Shown here: positions 49,239-59,078 of the stretch, in pieces
Layout of the letters: every line of letters begins with the position of its first letter
Numbering within the stretch: the stretch's first letter is position 1
DNA from: an uncultured Gammaproteobacteria bacterium
GTDB taxonomy: Bacteria; Pseudomonadota; Gammaproteobacteria; Pseudomonadales; Pseudohongiellaceae
Assembly (NCBI GenBank): GCA_913054495.1
Contig: CAJXIY010000003.1
Coordinates: 471 to 64,470, forward strand
Length of the DNA: 64,000 nucleotides
Direction of reading: 5' to 3'
Made by a program: the position numbers and the translations under genes
Notes under the pieces: model-generated
The model's database searches: none
What the model saw: the letters and a program-made list of their open reading frames with translations, nothing else
Told to the model about the DNA's origin: nothing

Positions 49239-50309
49239 ATGAATAGAATCAACGTGTTTTGTTGCCGATGCGGTCTCGCATTCCTCGCCCTGTTGGTGAT
49301 GGCATCCGCTTCGGCTCAATTGGAGCCAATTAACAACAGACCCAATCCATACAGCACCGTCGATGGCTGGGCGGTGTTGCCAGACGGCCGCGAGTGGGGC
49401 TCTACCGCTGGCGTCGACATCGATCCCGATGGTCGGCATCTATGGGCCATCGATCGCTGCGGCGGCAATAGTTGTGCTGGTTCCAGCGTCGATCCTATCG
49501 TCAAAATCGATCCCGATGGCAACATCGTCGCGTCTCTGGGCGGCGGTCTGATGATATTCCCCCATGGCTTGCATGTGGATAGAGATGGCAATATTTGGGT
49601 CACCGATGCCCAAGGTCCCAATCCCTCAAATCCCCAGACGGCAGGCATGGGACATGTTGTTTACAAATTCAGTCCCAAAGGGGAAATATTATTGATCCTG
49701 GGACAACCGGGTGTTGCTGGTGATGGCACTGACGCCTTACTGGAAACCCCCTGCGATGTGGTTACCGATGCCGATGGCAATATTTATGTCGGCGACGGCC
49801 ACAGTGGCCAGCAGGAAAATGCGACAACTGATACGGTCGCCCGCATCGTCAAGTTTGATCGCTTCGGAAACCTCATCAAATACTGGGGTGGTTGGGGTTC
49901 AGCAGCTGGCCAGCTAAAAACTCCCCATGCGCTGGATATCGATTCCAGAAATCGGCTTATTGTTGGCGATCGTGGCAATAACCGCCTGCAGATTTTCGAC
50001 CTGGATGGAAACTATATGGGCGAGTTCAAGACCTTCAGCCGACCCAGCGGCATTTACATCACCGACGATGACATGATCTATGTTGCCGATTCAGAATCGG
50101 AATTCGACGAGACCCGCAATCCTGGTTGGCACGCCGGCATCAGAGTGGGAAGTTTGCTCGATGGCATCGTAGATTATTTTATCGACGGTACCGTTGCGGC
50201 CTATCCCGATGGCTCTAACCCAGAAGGAGTTGCTGTGGATGCAGCCGGTAATGTGTTCGGTGCCGTTGTTTCTGGTGGTGGCACCCTGGTGAAGTCTTCA
50301 CGCCGTTAA
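49239..50309 (+). CDS. NHL-repeat six-bladed propeller, peptidyl-alpha-hydroxyglycine alpha-amidating lyase (PAL)-like
   Basis: 356 aa with a signal peptide. FPHGLHVDRDGNIWVTD, TPHALDID..LIVGDRGNNRLQIFD and similar blades match the PAL/NHL consensus, including the PHG, PHA and DR-N-R-Q-F motifs. Confidence 0.7.
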   Translation: MNRINVFCCRCGLAFLALLVMASASAQLEPINNRPNPYSTVDGWAVLPDGREWGSTAGVDIDPDGRHLWAIDRCGGNSCAGSSVDPIVKIDPDGNIVASLGGGLMIFPHGLHVDRDGNIWVTDAQGPNPSNPQTAGMGHVVYKFSPKGEILLILGQPGVAGDGTDALLETPCDVVTDADGNIYVGDGHSGQQENATTDTVARIVKFDRFGNLIKYWGGWGSAAGQLKTPHALDIDSRNRLIVGDRGNNRLQIFDLDGNYMGEFKTFSRPSGIYITDDDMIYVADSESEFDETRNPGWHAGIRVGSLLDGIVDYFIDGTVAAYPDGSNPEGVAVDAAGNVFGAVVSGGGTLVKSSRR

Positions 50310-50320
50310 GCAGTTTGGTT

Positions 50321-50632
50321 TTAACTCTGGCTCCTGCTCCTGGCACTGGAATAGCGAGCCAGCAAGGCCGGATCGTTGTGAAACTGCTTCTCGATGATAT
50401 CGATGAGATCCCTCTTGGAGACCGCACCAATATCCGCAATCAGGTCTGAGCTCAACACCAGAGAAACAAACAGGATGACGAAGAGCCCAAGGTAGAGGAA
50501 AGGCAATTCCATACCAAGAAATTTGAGTGCCGCACAAAATACCGCTGAAAAAAGCAGGAAGGACCGAATATAGGTTTCCCTTTGGATTTGCTTTTTGGCA
50601 CGCATAACTAGTTGAAAGTCATTGTCATTCAT
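50321..50632 (-). CDS. small membrane protein, hypothetical
   Basis: The start is taken at MNDNDF (ATG 50632), because the longer ORF would overlap the divergent gene start. It has two hydrophobic segments. Confidence 0.4.
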   Translation of the reverse strand: MNDNDFQLVMRAKKQIQRETYIRSFLLFSAVFCAALKFLGMELPFLYLGLFVILFVSLVLSSDLIADIGAVSKRDLIDIIEKQFHNDPALLARYSSARSRSQS

Positions 50633-50697
50633 CGCCTGTCTCCCAAAACACTGGTGGTACCGACATTTCACAAATCTTTTAAAATGCGAGGTGAACC

Positions 50698-51285
50698 ATG
50701 AAGCCCATATTCCTGTGGCCACTGCTCATTCTATTATCAACTTGCCAATCCGTACAGGGCCATGCACCCGGCTTGATTTATGAACCAGATCAGCAATTCC
50801 CCTTCGGTCGCCGAAATCCGGCTGCGCCGGCCGAACTTGCTCAATTGGATTTCATGATAGGACGAAATCAATGCGACGAGGAGAAATTGAATGCTGCCAG
50901 TGGGGAATGGGAATCCGGAGCGCGCAGTTGGGACGCCTATTACTTCATGAATGGATATGCCATCAGGGACTCGGGCCGCTCGGGAGCATCAACCAACGGC
51001 AACATTCGCCTGTTTGATGTTTTGGAAAAACAGTGGAAGGTTAGTTTTTTCTCCATGCCCAGTTATGGCACCGGCGTATGGGCTGGGGGATTGGAGGGCG
51101 AAAATATGGTTCTGATGCAGCCGCAGAAGGCGCCTGGTACCGATTTCGATGGATTCTCCCGTCTCACCTTTTCCAACATCAGCAGCCAGGGCTTCGACTG
51201 GACCGGGGAGTGGGTCAGTGCAGACGATTCCGTGGTATTTACATTTTGGCGTATCCAATGCTCGAAGGTCTCCGAATCTGCCTAG
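50698..51285 (+). CDS. hypothetical lipoprotein
   Basis: 195 aa with a lipobox-like LLSTC. I recognised no family. Confidence 0.55.
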   Translation: MKPIFLWPLLILLSTCQSVQGHAPGLIYEPDQQFPFGRRNPAAPAELAQLDFMIGRNQCDEEKLNAASGEWESGARSWDAYYFMNGYAIRDSGRSGASTNGNIRLFDVLEKQWKVSFFSMPSYGTGVWAGGLEGENMVLMQPQKAPGTDFDGFSRLTFSNISSQGFDWTGEWVSADDSVVFTFWRIQCSKVSESA

Positions 51286-51349
51286 CCCCCTGTTGAGGGG
51301 CGAACAGCTTCGCTTGCTAAATTGAGACAACTGGTTTAAGTTTTTGCCT

Positions 51350-51742
51350 ATGAAGCTGAGCAAAGGAGTTAAAGCGCTGGTCGCGGAGGCGATGAGTCAG
51401 GTGCAGACCCTGAGTCCTGCCGAAGTCGATGCCAGGCTATCACGGACCGGCGTGTTACTGGTGGATCTTCGAGACGTGCGTGAAGTGAAGCGAGACGGGA
51501 AAATTCCCGATGCGCTGCACGTGCCGCGGGGCATGCTGGAATTCTGGATTGACCCCGAGAGCCCCTACTATCGCACGGAGTTCGACGCGGTCGAAGAGGT
51601 GATTCTCTACTGTAATAAGGGCTCTCGCTCCGCCCTGGCTGCCCAGTCACTGCAGAGTATGGGGATACAGAAAGTGGCCCACATGGACGGTGGTTTCGAT
51701 CGATGGCTGTCTGATATTGGTCGCCAGGAAGGCCCTGCCTGA
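51350..51742 (+). CDS. rhodanese-domain sulfurtransferase-like protein
   Basis: About 130 aa. The active-site loop CNKGSRS sits in a rhodanese context (LVDLRDVRE ... GG-W). Confidence 0.8.
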   Translation: MKLSKGVKALVAEAMSQVQTLSPAEVDARLSRTGVLLVDLRDVREVKRDGKIPDALHVPRGMLEFWIDPESPYYRTEFDAVEEVILYCNKGSRSALAAQSLQSMGIQKVAHMDGGFDRWLSDIGRQEGPA

Positions 51743-51890
51743 ATTTGCTGTCTGCATTGAACCCCCGTAACTCTCCCGCAGATTCTGCTGCGCACTAATG
51801 TGTCAGCCCGCTACGCTCCAGTCGCACTGGACGCTGGCACCGCTGTCTGGCTATGATGGCACGACTTTTTTGGCATCGGGGCCGGCAAGC

Positions 51891-52994
51891 ATGAAAAACC
51901 TAAAACCTCTCAGCAAACGCCCGGGCCGGACATCGACTCAAGGTGTGGATCGGACCCGACGCGCTATGCTCAAGGCACTGCCAGTCATGGCCTTTTCTCC
52001 TGGCATATTCGCCGCCGCGGCATCAGCACCGATTGCCGTGCGCAAGCTGCATAGCTACGGCCTGCGGGTAGCAGATGTAGACCGTTCTCTGGCTTTCTAT
52101 CAGGAATTATTCGGCGCTTTGATACAGGCTAGACAGGGTGATACGGTCTGCCTGCGTATCGGCGACGGGCCCGGTTTCTTTTCCCTGTTACCGCTGCGTC
52201 CGGGAGAGCAGGCGGGCATCAGCCATATTGGCTTGAGTGTCGAAGGCTTCGAACTCGAACTCGAACGTGATCGACTCGCCGCCTTCGGCGTCGAACCCGG
52301 CGCTGAACCCGCTGCGGGACAATCTACGCTGGACTCTGCCATGACATCGTGGACTACCACTCGCGGTGTAGACGCCGGCGGTGACAGAGCTGGCACCCGC
52401 GAGCTTTACTTCGCCGGTGTGGAGGGGCTGGTGTTCCAACTATCGCCAGAGGACCATTGTGGTGGTCGCGGCGCGCTTGGTTCCGTCTGCGAGAATGTTG
52501 AGGCGGCACCGGTTGAGGGTTTGTTCAGAACTATCGGTCTAAGCCACTTTACCAATTTTCTGGCGAACTCTGCCCGCGGCAATGCCTTCTATATGCAGGC
52601 ATTTGGTAAACAGTTTCAGGCCTATCAAGGTCCATCGCCGCTGGTCGGAGTGGGCGATGGCATTCAGTTTCTCATGTTTGTGGGTGGCAATGCGGAAGGG
52701 GCTCCTGCCAATCCTGGTCGTATCGATCATGTCTGTCTCAGTATCGAGGATTTTTCAGTCGATGAGATTTTGGCCAAGTTGAACGACTATGGTTTTTCGG
52801 CGCGGGCCAGCGCCAGCGATACTCCACCCCTGGTACATTGGGTGAGTATGCGCATGCCCAACCGGGGAGGCATCGAGGGTGGCACGCCGGAAGTTTATTT
52901 TTCCGATCCTGATGGCATTCGAATTCAATTACAGGACCAGATGTATTGTGGCGGTGGAGGTTATCTCGGCGAGATTTGCGAGCCACTGGCCTGA
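51891..52994 (+). CDS. Tat-exported VOC (glyoxalase/dioxygenase-fold) family protein
   Basis: The start is taken at ATG 51891. Twin-arginine leader TRRAMLKALPVMAF. VOC modules are repeated (LHSYGLRVADVDRSLAFYQELFG; IDHVCLSIEDF). Confidence 0.7.
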   Translation: MKNLKPLSKRPGRTSTQGVDRTRRAMLKALPVMAFSPGIFAAAASAPIAVRKLHSYGLRVADVDRSLAFYQELFGALIQARQGDTVCLRIGDGPGFFSLLPLRPGEQAGISHIGLSVEGFELELERDRLAAFGVEPGAEPAAGQSTLDSAMTSWTTTRGVDAGGDRAGTRELYFAGVEGLVFQLSPEDHCGGRGALGSVCENVEAAPVEGLFRTIGLSHFTNFLANSARGNAFYMQAFGKQFQAYQGPSPLVGVGDGIQFLMFVGGNAEGAPANPGRIDHVCLSIEDFSVDEILAKLNDYGFSARASASDTPPLVHWVSMRMPNRGGIEGGTPEVYFSDPDGIRIQLQDQMYCGGGGYLGEICEPLA

Positions 52995-53041
52995 TTCATA
53001 AATCGATCGAGTAGACCTCACAAGTTGAGACAGGGAGTTCC

Positions 53042-54061
53042 ATGGAGTATCGATACATTGGCAAGAGCGGATTGCGGGTAAGCCCGATCTGTCTGGGGAC
53101 CATGAGTTTTGGCACCTGGAGCGACAAGGAAGAGTCATTCAAGATACTAAACACGGCCTATGATCGTGGCATTAATTTCTATGATACCGCGGAAATCTAT
53201 CCGGTGCCCCCGACCCTGGAGTTAGTCGGCGTCACCGAATTTATTTTTGGCGAATGGATAAAAACCAAACCCCGTGATTCTATAATCGTTGCGACCAAGG
53301 TGGCAGGCGCTGCCTCCGGCTGGTTTGTGCCGCCTGTCCGTCACGGCCTCACCGCCATCGATCGACATCATGTCGAGATGGCAGTTGAGGGAAGCCTGCG
53401 GCGGCTGGGAATCGACTACATCGATCTTTATCAAGTACATTGGCCTGATTCCATTATCCCCATCGCTGAGTCCATGGAGGCGCTGGATCGTCTCGTGCAA
53501 GCAGGCAAAGTTCGTTACCTCGGCACCTCAAATGAAAATGCCTACGGGCTGACCAAGTCCAACACTATTGCGGACTATGAAGGCCTGACGAAGTTTCAGT
53601 CGATACAAAATAATTTCTCATTGCTCAATCGTCGCTTCATGGACGAACTGGCAAATGTTTGCACCCTGGAGAACGTCTCACTATTGCCCTATTCGCCAAT
53701 TGCGGGTGGGGTATTATCTGGCAAATATAACCAGGCAGAAATTCCTGCCAATTGTCGATTCGGGGACTATCTGGCGACTAAGGATCCTAGACAACAGGGC
53801 ATGGCCACACGATTTGTTAACGAGGCCACACTGGCATCGACCGCCCGCTACCTGGAGATCGCCAGGGACGCAGGCATGTCGCCGGTTACGCTGGCAACGG
53901 CGTGGAGCATGAATTTCGATTATGTGGCATCTACCATGATCGGTGCGCGCACGGCAGATCAACTGGAAGAATCGCTGGCAGCGCTGGATGTGCGCCTCAG
54001 TGATGAGGTGATGCAGCAGTGCGATGAAGTACACAAGCAGCATCCTTATCCAATGGGTTAA
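53042..54061 (+). CDS. aldo/keto reductase
   Basis: 339 aa. MEYRYIGKSGLRVSPICLGTMSFG and the downstream AKR motifs (IDLYQVHWPD; GTSNE) are present. Confidence 0.9.
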   Translation: MEYRYIGKSGLRVSPICLGTMSFGTWSDKEESFKILNTAYDRGINFYDTAEIYPVPPTLELVGVTEFIFGEWIKTKPRDSIIVATKVAGAASGWFVPPVRHGLTAIDRHHVEMAVEGSLRRLGIDYIDLYQVHWPDSIIPIAESMEALDRLVQAGKVRYLGTSNENAYGLTKSNTIADYEGLTKFQSIQNNFSLLNRRFMDELANVCTLENVSLLPYSPIAGGVLSGKYNQAEIPANCRFGDYLATKDPRQQGMATRFVNEATLASTARYLEIARDAGMSPVTLATAWSMNFDYVASTMIGARTADQLEESLAALDVRLSDEVMQQCDEVHKQHPYPMG

Positions 54062-54071
54062 TTGATCGATA

Positions 54072-54965
54072 GTGTATTTCCCAATGTCAGATAGTTTAAC
54101 TGTGTTTATCCAGTACTTAAGGGTTGTAGCGAGGCTCATGCGCTGGGGCAGCGTTACCGTGGTCATATGCATCGCTGCTTCCACTTCGGCTCAAAAAATA
54201 CATATCAGTCATTGTATGGGATCCTGTCCGGATTCCCCTGCCACCGCAAACAACGAGATAGTCGTGCGTCATCTCTTTGCGGCGTCGATTAATGCTGACA
54301 GTGGCCTGGCAGATTGGGTCGCTTATCGGGTAGTGGAAGCAGCGCTCGGTGTCGCTTCCCTGTTGCCCAGGGTTTGGCAAGTAGATAATCTTCTGCTCAC
54401 CGAATCGCCCTATCTACGACTGGCAGAAAATACGCGGGTGATAAATCAACCTGATCTGAATGGGCGAGCGGATCAGAGTTATCGAATAAATGAGTTGAGT
54501 ATCGATGCGAGGAATAACGGCCGCCTGGTGCCAATGAGCAGCTTTGCAGGGACACCTTTTTGGTCTGACTTGAATTACCTCAGCAATCTGGCCGCACTAC
54601 CGAGTGCATTGCGAGAAGGGAGTTGGTCGCGGCTAGACCAGGCAATCAATGAGCTGGCGGCACGTAGCGGCGAATTGTTTGTGGTGAGTGGGCCCCTGTA
54701 CCTTATTCAGGAACCGCTAAATGTTCGCGGCAGGCCGGAGTTGGTGTTGCCCTCCGCGTACTATAAGCTGATTGCCAATCAGGGCTCTTACGTGGCGTTT
54801 ATATTTAACAAGGATTTGCCTCAGCACGCTCACTATTGTGATCAACTGAGTAGTTTGCTGGAAGTGCAACAACTTAGCGGCCTGCAACTGTTTCCGGATA
54901 TGCAAGACTCTGCCACCACCGAATTAGCCGCGGTACTTCACTGCACATCATATAGAGATTTTTGA
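54072..54965 (+). CDS. Serratia NucA-family (DNA/RNA non-specific endonuclease fold) homologue with substituted catalytic residues
   Basis: Blocks shared with NucA: C-GSCP...IVVRH...ADWVAYRV; LNYLSN; VVSGPLY; PSAYYK. The DRGH signature reads NNGR. The start is uncertain (GTG 54072, ATG 54084 or ATG 54138); a signal-like segment follows 54138. Confidence 0.7.
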   Translation: MYFPMSDSLTVFIQYLRVVARLMRWGSVTVVICIAASTSAQKIHISHCMGSCPDSPATANNEIVVRHLFAASINADSGLADWVAYRVVEAALGVASLLPRVWQVDNLLLTESPYLRLAENTRVINQPDLNGRADQSYRINELSIDARNNGRLVPMSSFAGTPFWSDLNYLSNLAALPSALREGSWSRLDQAINELAARSGELFVVSGPLYLIQEPLNVRGRPELVLPSAYYKLIANQGSYVAFIFNKDLPQHAHYCDQLSSLLEVQQLSGLQLFPDMQDSATTELAAVLHCTSYRDF

Positions 54966-54972
54966 GGTTCTC

Positions 54973-55659
54973 ATGAGCTATATCTTTCCTCCCCAGGCAA
55001 TATCGGCCGTCCCCGTAGTGGATTCAGATGCGTTGTATCCTGTTCATCGAATTTATTGTGTGGGTCGAAATTATGGTGATCATGTGAAGGAAATGGGAGG
55101 CGATCCCAAGGACGAAGCGCCGGTTTTTTTTAGCAAACCTGCGAACGCTATTGTCGTTGACAATGCGCCGGTTCGGTATCCACAGGCGACCGATGATCTG
55201 CATCATGAAGTAGAATTCGTGGTGGCACTGGCAAGCGGCGGTAAAGACATCGCCAATGATGACGCGCTGGACTGTGTGTTTGGCTATGCCGTCGGAATCG
55301 ATTTCACCCGGCGGGACTTGCAGGCTGTAGCGAAAAAAGAGGGCAGGCCCTGGGATACGGCCAAGGGCTTCGATGACTCGGCGCCAGTTTCAGCAATCAA
55401 TCCGGTGGCCAAGATCGGGCATCCGCACAATGTCCGCATCAGCTTGAGCATAAACGGTGAGTTGAGACAGGATGCCCGGCTCTCGCAAATGATCTGGAGC
55501 GTGGTGGAGATTATTAGTGAGCTATCGAAGTTTTACGAACTGCAGGCAGGGGATCTCATTTATACTGGCACACCGGCGGGCGTTGCCGCTACCGTGGTCG
55601 GCGACCACGTGGTCGCCTCGATTGAGACAGTAGGCAGCCTGGAGTTCGACGTCATCTAG
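54973..55659 (+). CDS. fumarylacetoacetate hydrolase (FAH)-family protein
   Basis: 228 aa with the FAH C-terminal domain pattern (IYCVGRNY..H..E; DLHHEVELVV-like; GDLIYTGTPAGV). Confidence 0.85.
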   Translation: MSYIFPPQAISAVPVVDSDALYPVHRIYCVGRNYGDHVKEMGGDPKDEAPVFFSKPANAIVVDNAPVRYPQATDDLHHEVEFVVALASGGKDIANDDALDCVFGYAVGIDFTRRDLQAVAKKEGRPWDTAKGFDDSAPVSAINPVAKIGHPHNVRISLSINGELRQDARLSQMIWSVVEIISELSKFYELQAGDLIYTGTPAGVAATVVGDHVVASIETVGSLEFDVI

Positions 55660-55679
55660 CCGGCGGGAACCAGGACGCT

Positions 55680-57458
55680 ATGACTTCTGATCAGACGATC
55701 TTATTACTCATCTTACTGGCCTTGCTGATCTTGTTGGTCTGGGGCCGGTGGCGCTACGATATCGTCGCGCTGGGCGCCTTATTCACCGCCAGTATATTCG
55801 GTATTGTGCCGCAGACAGAATTGTTCTCCGGCTTCGGCAATCCGGCAACGATTACTGTAGCACTCGTGTTAATCGTCAGTTTTGGCCTTACCAAGTCCGG
55901 TGCGGTTGAATTTATTACGCAGTTGATCGAGCCTTTCTCCTCCAAACCACTGCTGCATATCTCCATACTCACGTTTCTCGCCGCCTTCCTTTCGATGTTC
56001 ATGAATAATGTGGGAGCCCTGGCCCTGTTGATGCCCATAGCAATTCAGTCAACTACGAAAGCAGGACGACCGCCGGCGACCGTGTTAATGCCCTTGTCAT
56101 TTGGATCCATACTGGGGGGCCTGGTAACGCTCATTGGCACGCCACCAAATATATTGATAGCAAATTACAGACGGGAAGTCACCGGTGAGGCATTCACCAT
56201 GTTTGACTTTGCACCGGTAGGCGGTGGCGTCGCCATCGCCGGTATATTGTTTATGCTATTCATTGGCTGGCGTTTGGTGAAAGTACGTAAGCAAACGTCA
56301 GGGCTGGAGTTATTCGACGTCGAAAAATATCTGTTCGAATTAAAGGTTCCCGCAGAGAGTGCCCTGGTGGGGAAGCGAGTAGGGGAGCTGAAAGATCTGT
56401 TAGCGGAACAAAAGATGGATATCCTGTCTCTTGTGCACACGCAGCAGAAAATGGCAGTGGTGAGTCGCCGTCATATCCTGGCTGTGAATGACCTGTTAAT
56501 GCTGCAGGGTTCCCATGATGACATCGACAGTTTTGCCTCGACTCACGATCTGACAATGCTCTCCGCCGAGAACGCGCGCAAGGAGATATTGCATTCGGAA
56601 GATTCGCAGATAGCCGAGGTGGTGATCACCGAAAACTCGCCGATAGTTGGCAGCACGCCAAGGCAGATTCGGTTTAATCGTAAATACGCTGTGAATTTGC
56701 TGGCGGCTTCACGTGCCGGTACTCCGCACCGAAATCGTCTGCGGGATTTTCAGTTCAGGGCCGGGGATGTGTTGCTATTGCACGGAGAAGGAGACGAATT
56801 GCAGGAGGCGATCATTCGCTTGAATTGTTATCCACTAGCCCCGCGTGGTCTCAGTATTCATGGTTCAGCGAAAGCGATGCCGGCGTTGGTGATTTTCATG
56901 CTAGCGATTGGGGCTGTCGCCAGTGGCTGGATTTCCATACAATTGGCATTGGGAATCGCCACCGTTGCCATGGCTCTGCTGAATGTAGTGCCGGTGCGAG
57001 AATTTTATGCCGGTGTAGACTGGCCGGTCGTGGTTTTACTCGGGGCGATGATCCCCCTGGGGACGGCGCTGGAAACCACGGGCACAACGACCTTACTGGT
57101 CGACGGCATACTGGTTTTAGCGGGTGACATGAGCCCGGTATTCATCCTAGCCATGCTTTTGATTATCACCATGACGGTGTCAGATGTACTCAACAACGCG
57201 GCCACCGCGATTCTGATGGCACCCATTGCATACAACACCGCGCTTTCGCTGGAAGTGAATCCGGATACCTTTCTCATGGCAGTGGCGGTGGGCGCCTCTA
57301 GTGCGTTTTTGACACCGATCGGCCACCAGAACAACGCATTGATAATGGGGCCAGGTGGTTACCATTTTGGTGATTACTGGCGTATGGGTCTGCCCCTGGA
57401 AATAGTCATCGTGACGGTGGCGCTACCGTTGTTGTTATTAGTATGGCCACTGTACTAA
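55680..57458 (+). CDS. SLC13/DASS-family permease with two central TrkA-C (RCK-C) domains
   Basis: 592 aa. Hydrophobic N- and C-terminal halves flank a soluble region of about 170 aa with two RCK-C-like repeats. Confidence 0.8.
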   Translation: MTSDQTILLLILLALLILLVWGRWRYDIVALGALFTASIFGIVPQTELFSGFGNPATITVALVLIVSFGLTKSGAVEFITQLIEPFSSKPLLHISILTFLAAFLSMFMNNVGALALLMPIAIQSTTKAGRPPATVLMPLSFGSILGGLVTLIGTPPNILIANYRREVTGEAFTMFDFAPVGGGVAIAGILFMLFIGWRLVKVRKQTSGLELFDVEKYLFELKVPAESALVGKRVGELKDLLAEQKMDILSLVHTQQKMAVVSRRHILAVNDLLMLQGSHDDIDSFASTHDLTMLSAENARKEILHSEDSQIAEVVITENSPIVGSTPRQIRFNRKYAVNLLAASRAGTPHRNRLRDFQFRAGDVLLLHGEGDELQEAIIRLNCYPLAPRGLSIHGSAKAMPALVIFMLAIGAVASGWISIQLALGIATVAMALLNVVPVREFYAGVDWPVVVLLGAMIPLGTALETTGTTTLLVDGILVLAGDMSPVFILAMLLIITMTVSDVLNNAATAILMAPIAYNTALSLEVNPDTFLMAVAVGASSAFLTPIGHQNNALIMGPGGYHFGDYWRMGLPLEIVIVTVALPLLLLVWPLY

Positions 57459-57632
57459 GCCTGGCGCTGATTATAGATTGCATCGACTTCCAAGTAGCAA
57501 AGCCATACAATCATGGCCCAATTGGGCTGGCTCAATTTTCAGATCCCGCTGATGCCCGAACCGTTTACGAACGAGGGGGAAATCAGTCAGAGCTTCCTTA
57601 GCAAATCAGCTCCAAATCCAAGGCTCCCATGC

Positions 57633-59075
57633 ATGCGCGTCAATTGGAAAACTTATAACCCAGGCTCGTTTTATGATGAGATCATTAGCTCCCCCGGCTA
57701 TGCGCGAAAACCTGCCCGACGTCTCGCCAGTCTGCTGAGATCTCTCACCCACGAGGAGTTGCAACAGAAAAAGATGGCCGCCGAACTGGCCATCAAGACC
57801 ATGGGGATCTCGTTCACGGTGTACAGCGATGCCGGAAATATCGATCGAGAATGGCCTTTCGATATCATTCCGCGAATTATTGCCGAGAAAGAATGGAACC
57901 ACACCAGTGCAGGCTTGAAACAACGTCTGCGCGCACTTAATTGCTTCATCCATGATGTCTACAATGATCAGAAAATATTCAAAGACAAGCTGATTCCCAA
58001 AGAATTAATTCTCAATTCTGGTAACTTTCGCAAGCAATGTGTAGGCATCAAGCCGCGATTTGATGTCTGGGCTCATATCTGCGGCACCGATCTGATCAAG
58101 GATGCAGATGGCAAGTTCTATGTGCTCGAAGACAATCTAAGAGTGCCATCTGGCGTTTCCTATATGCTGGAAAATCGGCGGGTCACCAAGCGCGTCTTTC
58201 CAGAGTTGTTTGAGAACTACAACATCCAACCGGTTACCGAATATCCGAATCAGTTATTTGATACCCTCGCGGCAATCTCGCCGCGGCCTTCAGAGTATCC
58301 GGAAGTGGTGGTATTAACACCGGGTATTTTCAACTCTGCCTATTTCGAGCACTCCTTTCTGGCCCAGAGAATGGGCGCGGAACTAGTGGAAGGAAGTGAC
58401 CTGGTGGTGGAAAAGGACAAAGTGTTCATGCGCACGGTCGATGGTTTGTCACGGGTGGATGTGGTCTATCGGCGCATAGATGACCTATTTCTGGATCCAT
58501 CGATTTTCAACAAGGGATCGGTGTTAGGTGTTAGCGGGTTATTTAAATCCTGGGTGAAAGGCAATGTCGCCCTCGCCAACGCACCCGGTGCTGGTGTCGC
58601 TGACGACAAGATTATCTACACCTACGTGCCGAAATTTATCAAATACTATTTAGGCGAAGATCCTATCCTACCTAATGTCACCAGCTATCTTTGTGTCGAT
58701 AAGGTGCAGCGTCAATACGTCTTGCAGAATCTCGACAAACTGGTAATTAAACCGGCGAATGAATCCGGTGGTTATGGCATGTTGATTGGGCCGCAGGCGA
58801 GCAAGAAGGAACTGGCCGAGTTTGCCCGCAGGATTAAAGCCGATCCCAGAAACTACATGGCACAGCCACTGATTGCACTGTCTACCGTGCCGATACTTGG
58901 CGACAGGGCAGTAGAACCGAGACATGTCGATCTAAGACCATTCGTGCTGCAGGCGGACAAGACCTATGTCACCGCCGGTGGCCTGACGCGAGTGGCCATG
59001 GTCAAGGGTTCCTATATCGTGAACTCTTCCCAGGGTGGCGGGAGTAAAGATACCTGGATTGTGGGAGACGACTGA
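57633..59075 (+). CDS. circularly permuted type-2 ATP-grasp protein
   Basis: The start is taken at ATG 57633 (MRVNWKTYNPGSFYDE), which gives about 480 aa, typical of the family. The blocks GISFTVYSD, YVLEDNLRVPSGVSYMLENR and VIKPANESGGYGM are present. Confidence 0.85.
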   Translation: MRVNWKTYNPGSFYDEIISSPGYARKPARRLASLLRSLTHEELQQKKMAAELAIKTMGISFTVYSDAGNIDREWPFDIIPRIIAEKEWNHTSAGLKQRLRALNCFIHDVYNDQKIFKDKLIPKELILNSGNFRKQCVGIKPRFDVWAHICGTDLIKDADGKFYVLEDNLRVPSGVSYMLENRRVTKRVFPELFENYNIQPVTEYPNQLFDTLAAISPRPSEYPEVVVLTPGIFNSAYFEHSFLAQRMGAELVEGSDLVVEKDKVFMRTVDGLSRVDVVYRRIDDLFLDPSIFNKGSVLGVSGLFKSWVKGNVALANAPGAGVADDKIIYTYVPKFIKYYLGEDPILPNVTSYLCVDKVQRQYVLQNLDKLVIKPANESGGYGMLIGPQASKKELAEFARRIKADPRNYMAQPLIALSTVPILGDRAVEPRHVDLRPFVLQADKTYVTAGGLTRVAMVKGSYIVNSSQGGGSKDTWIVGDD

Positions 59076-59078
59076 ACC

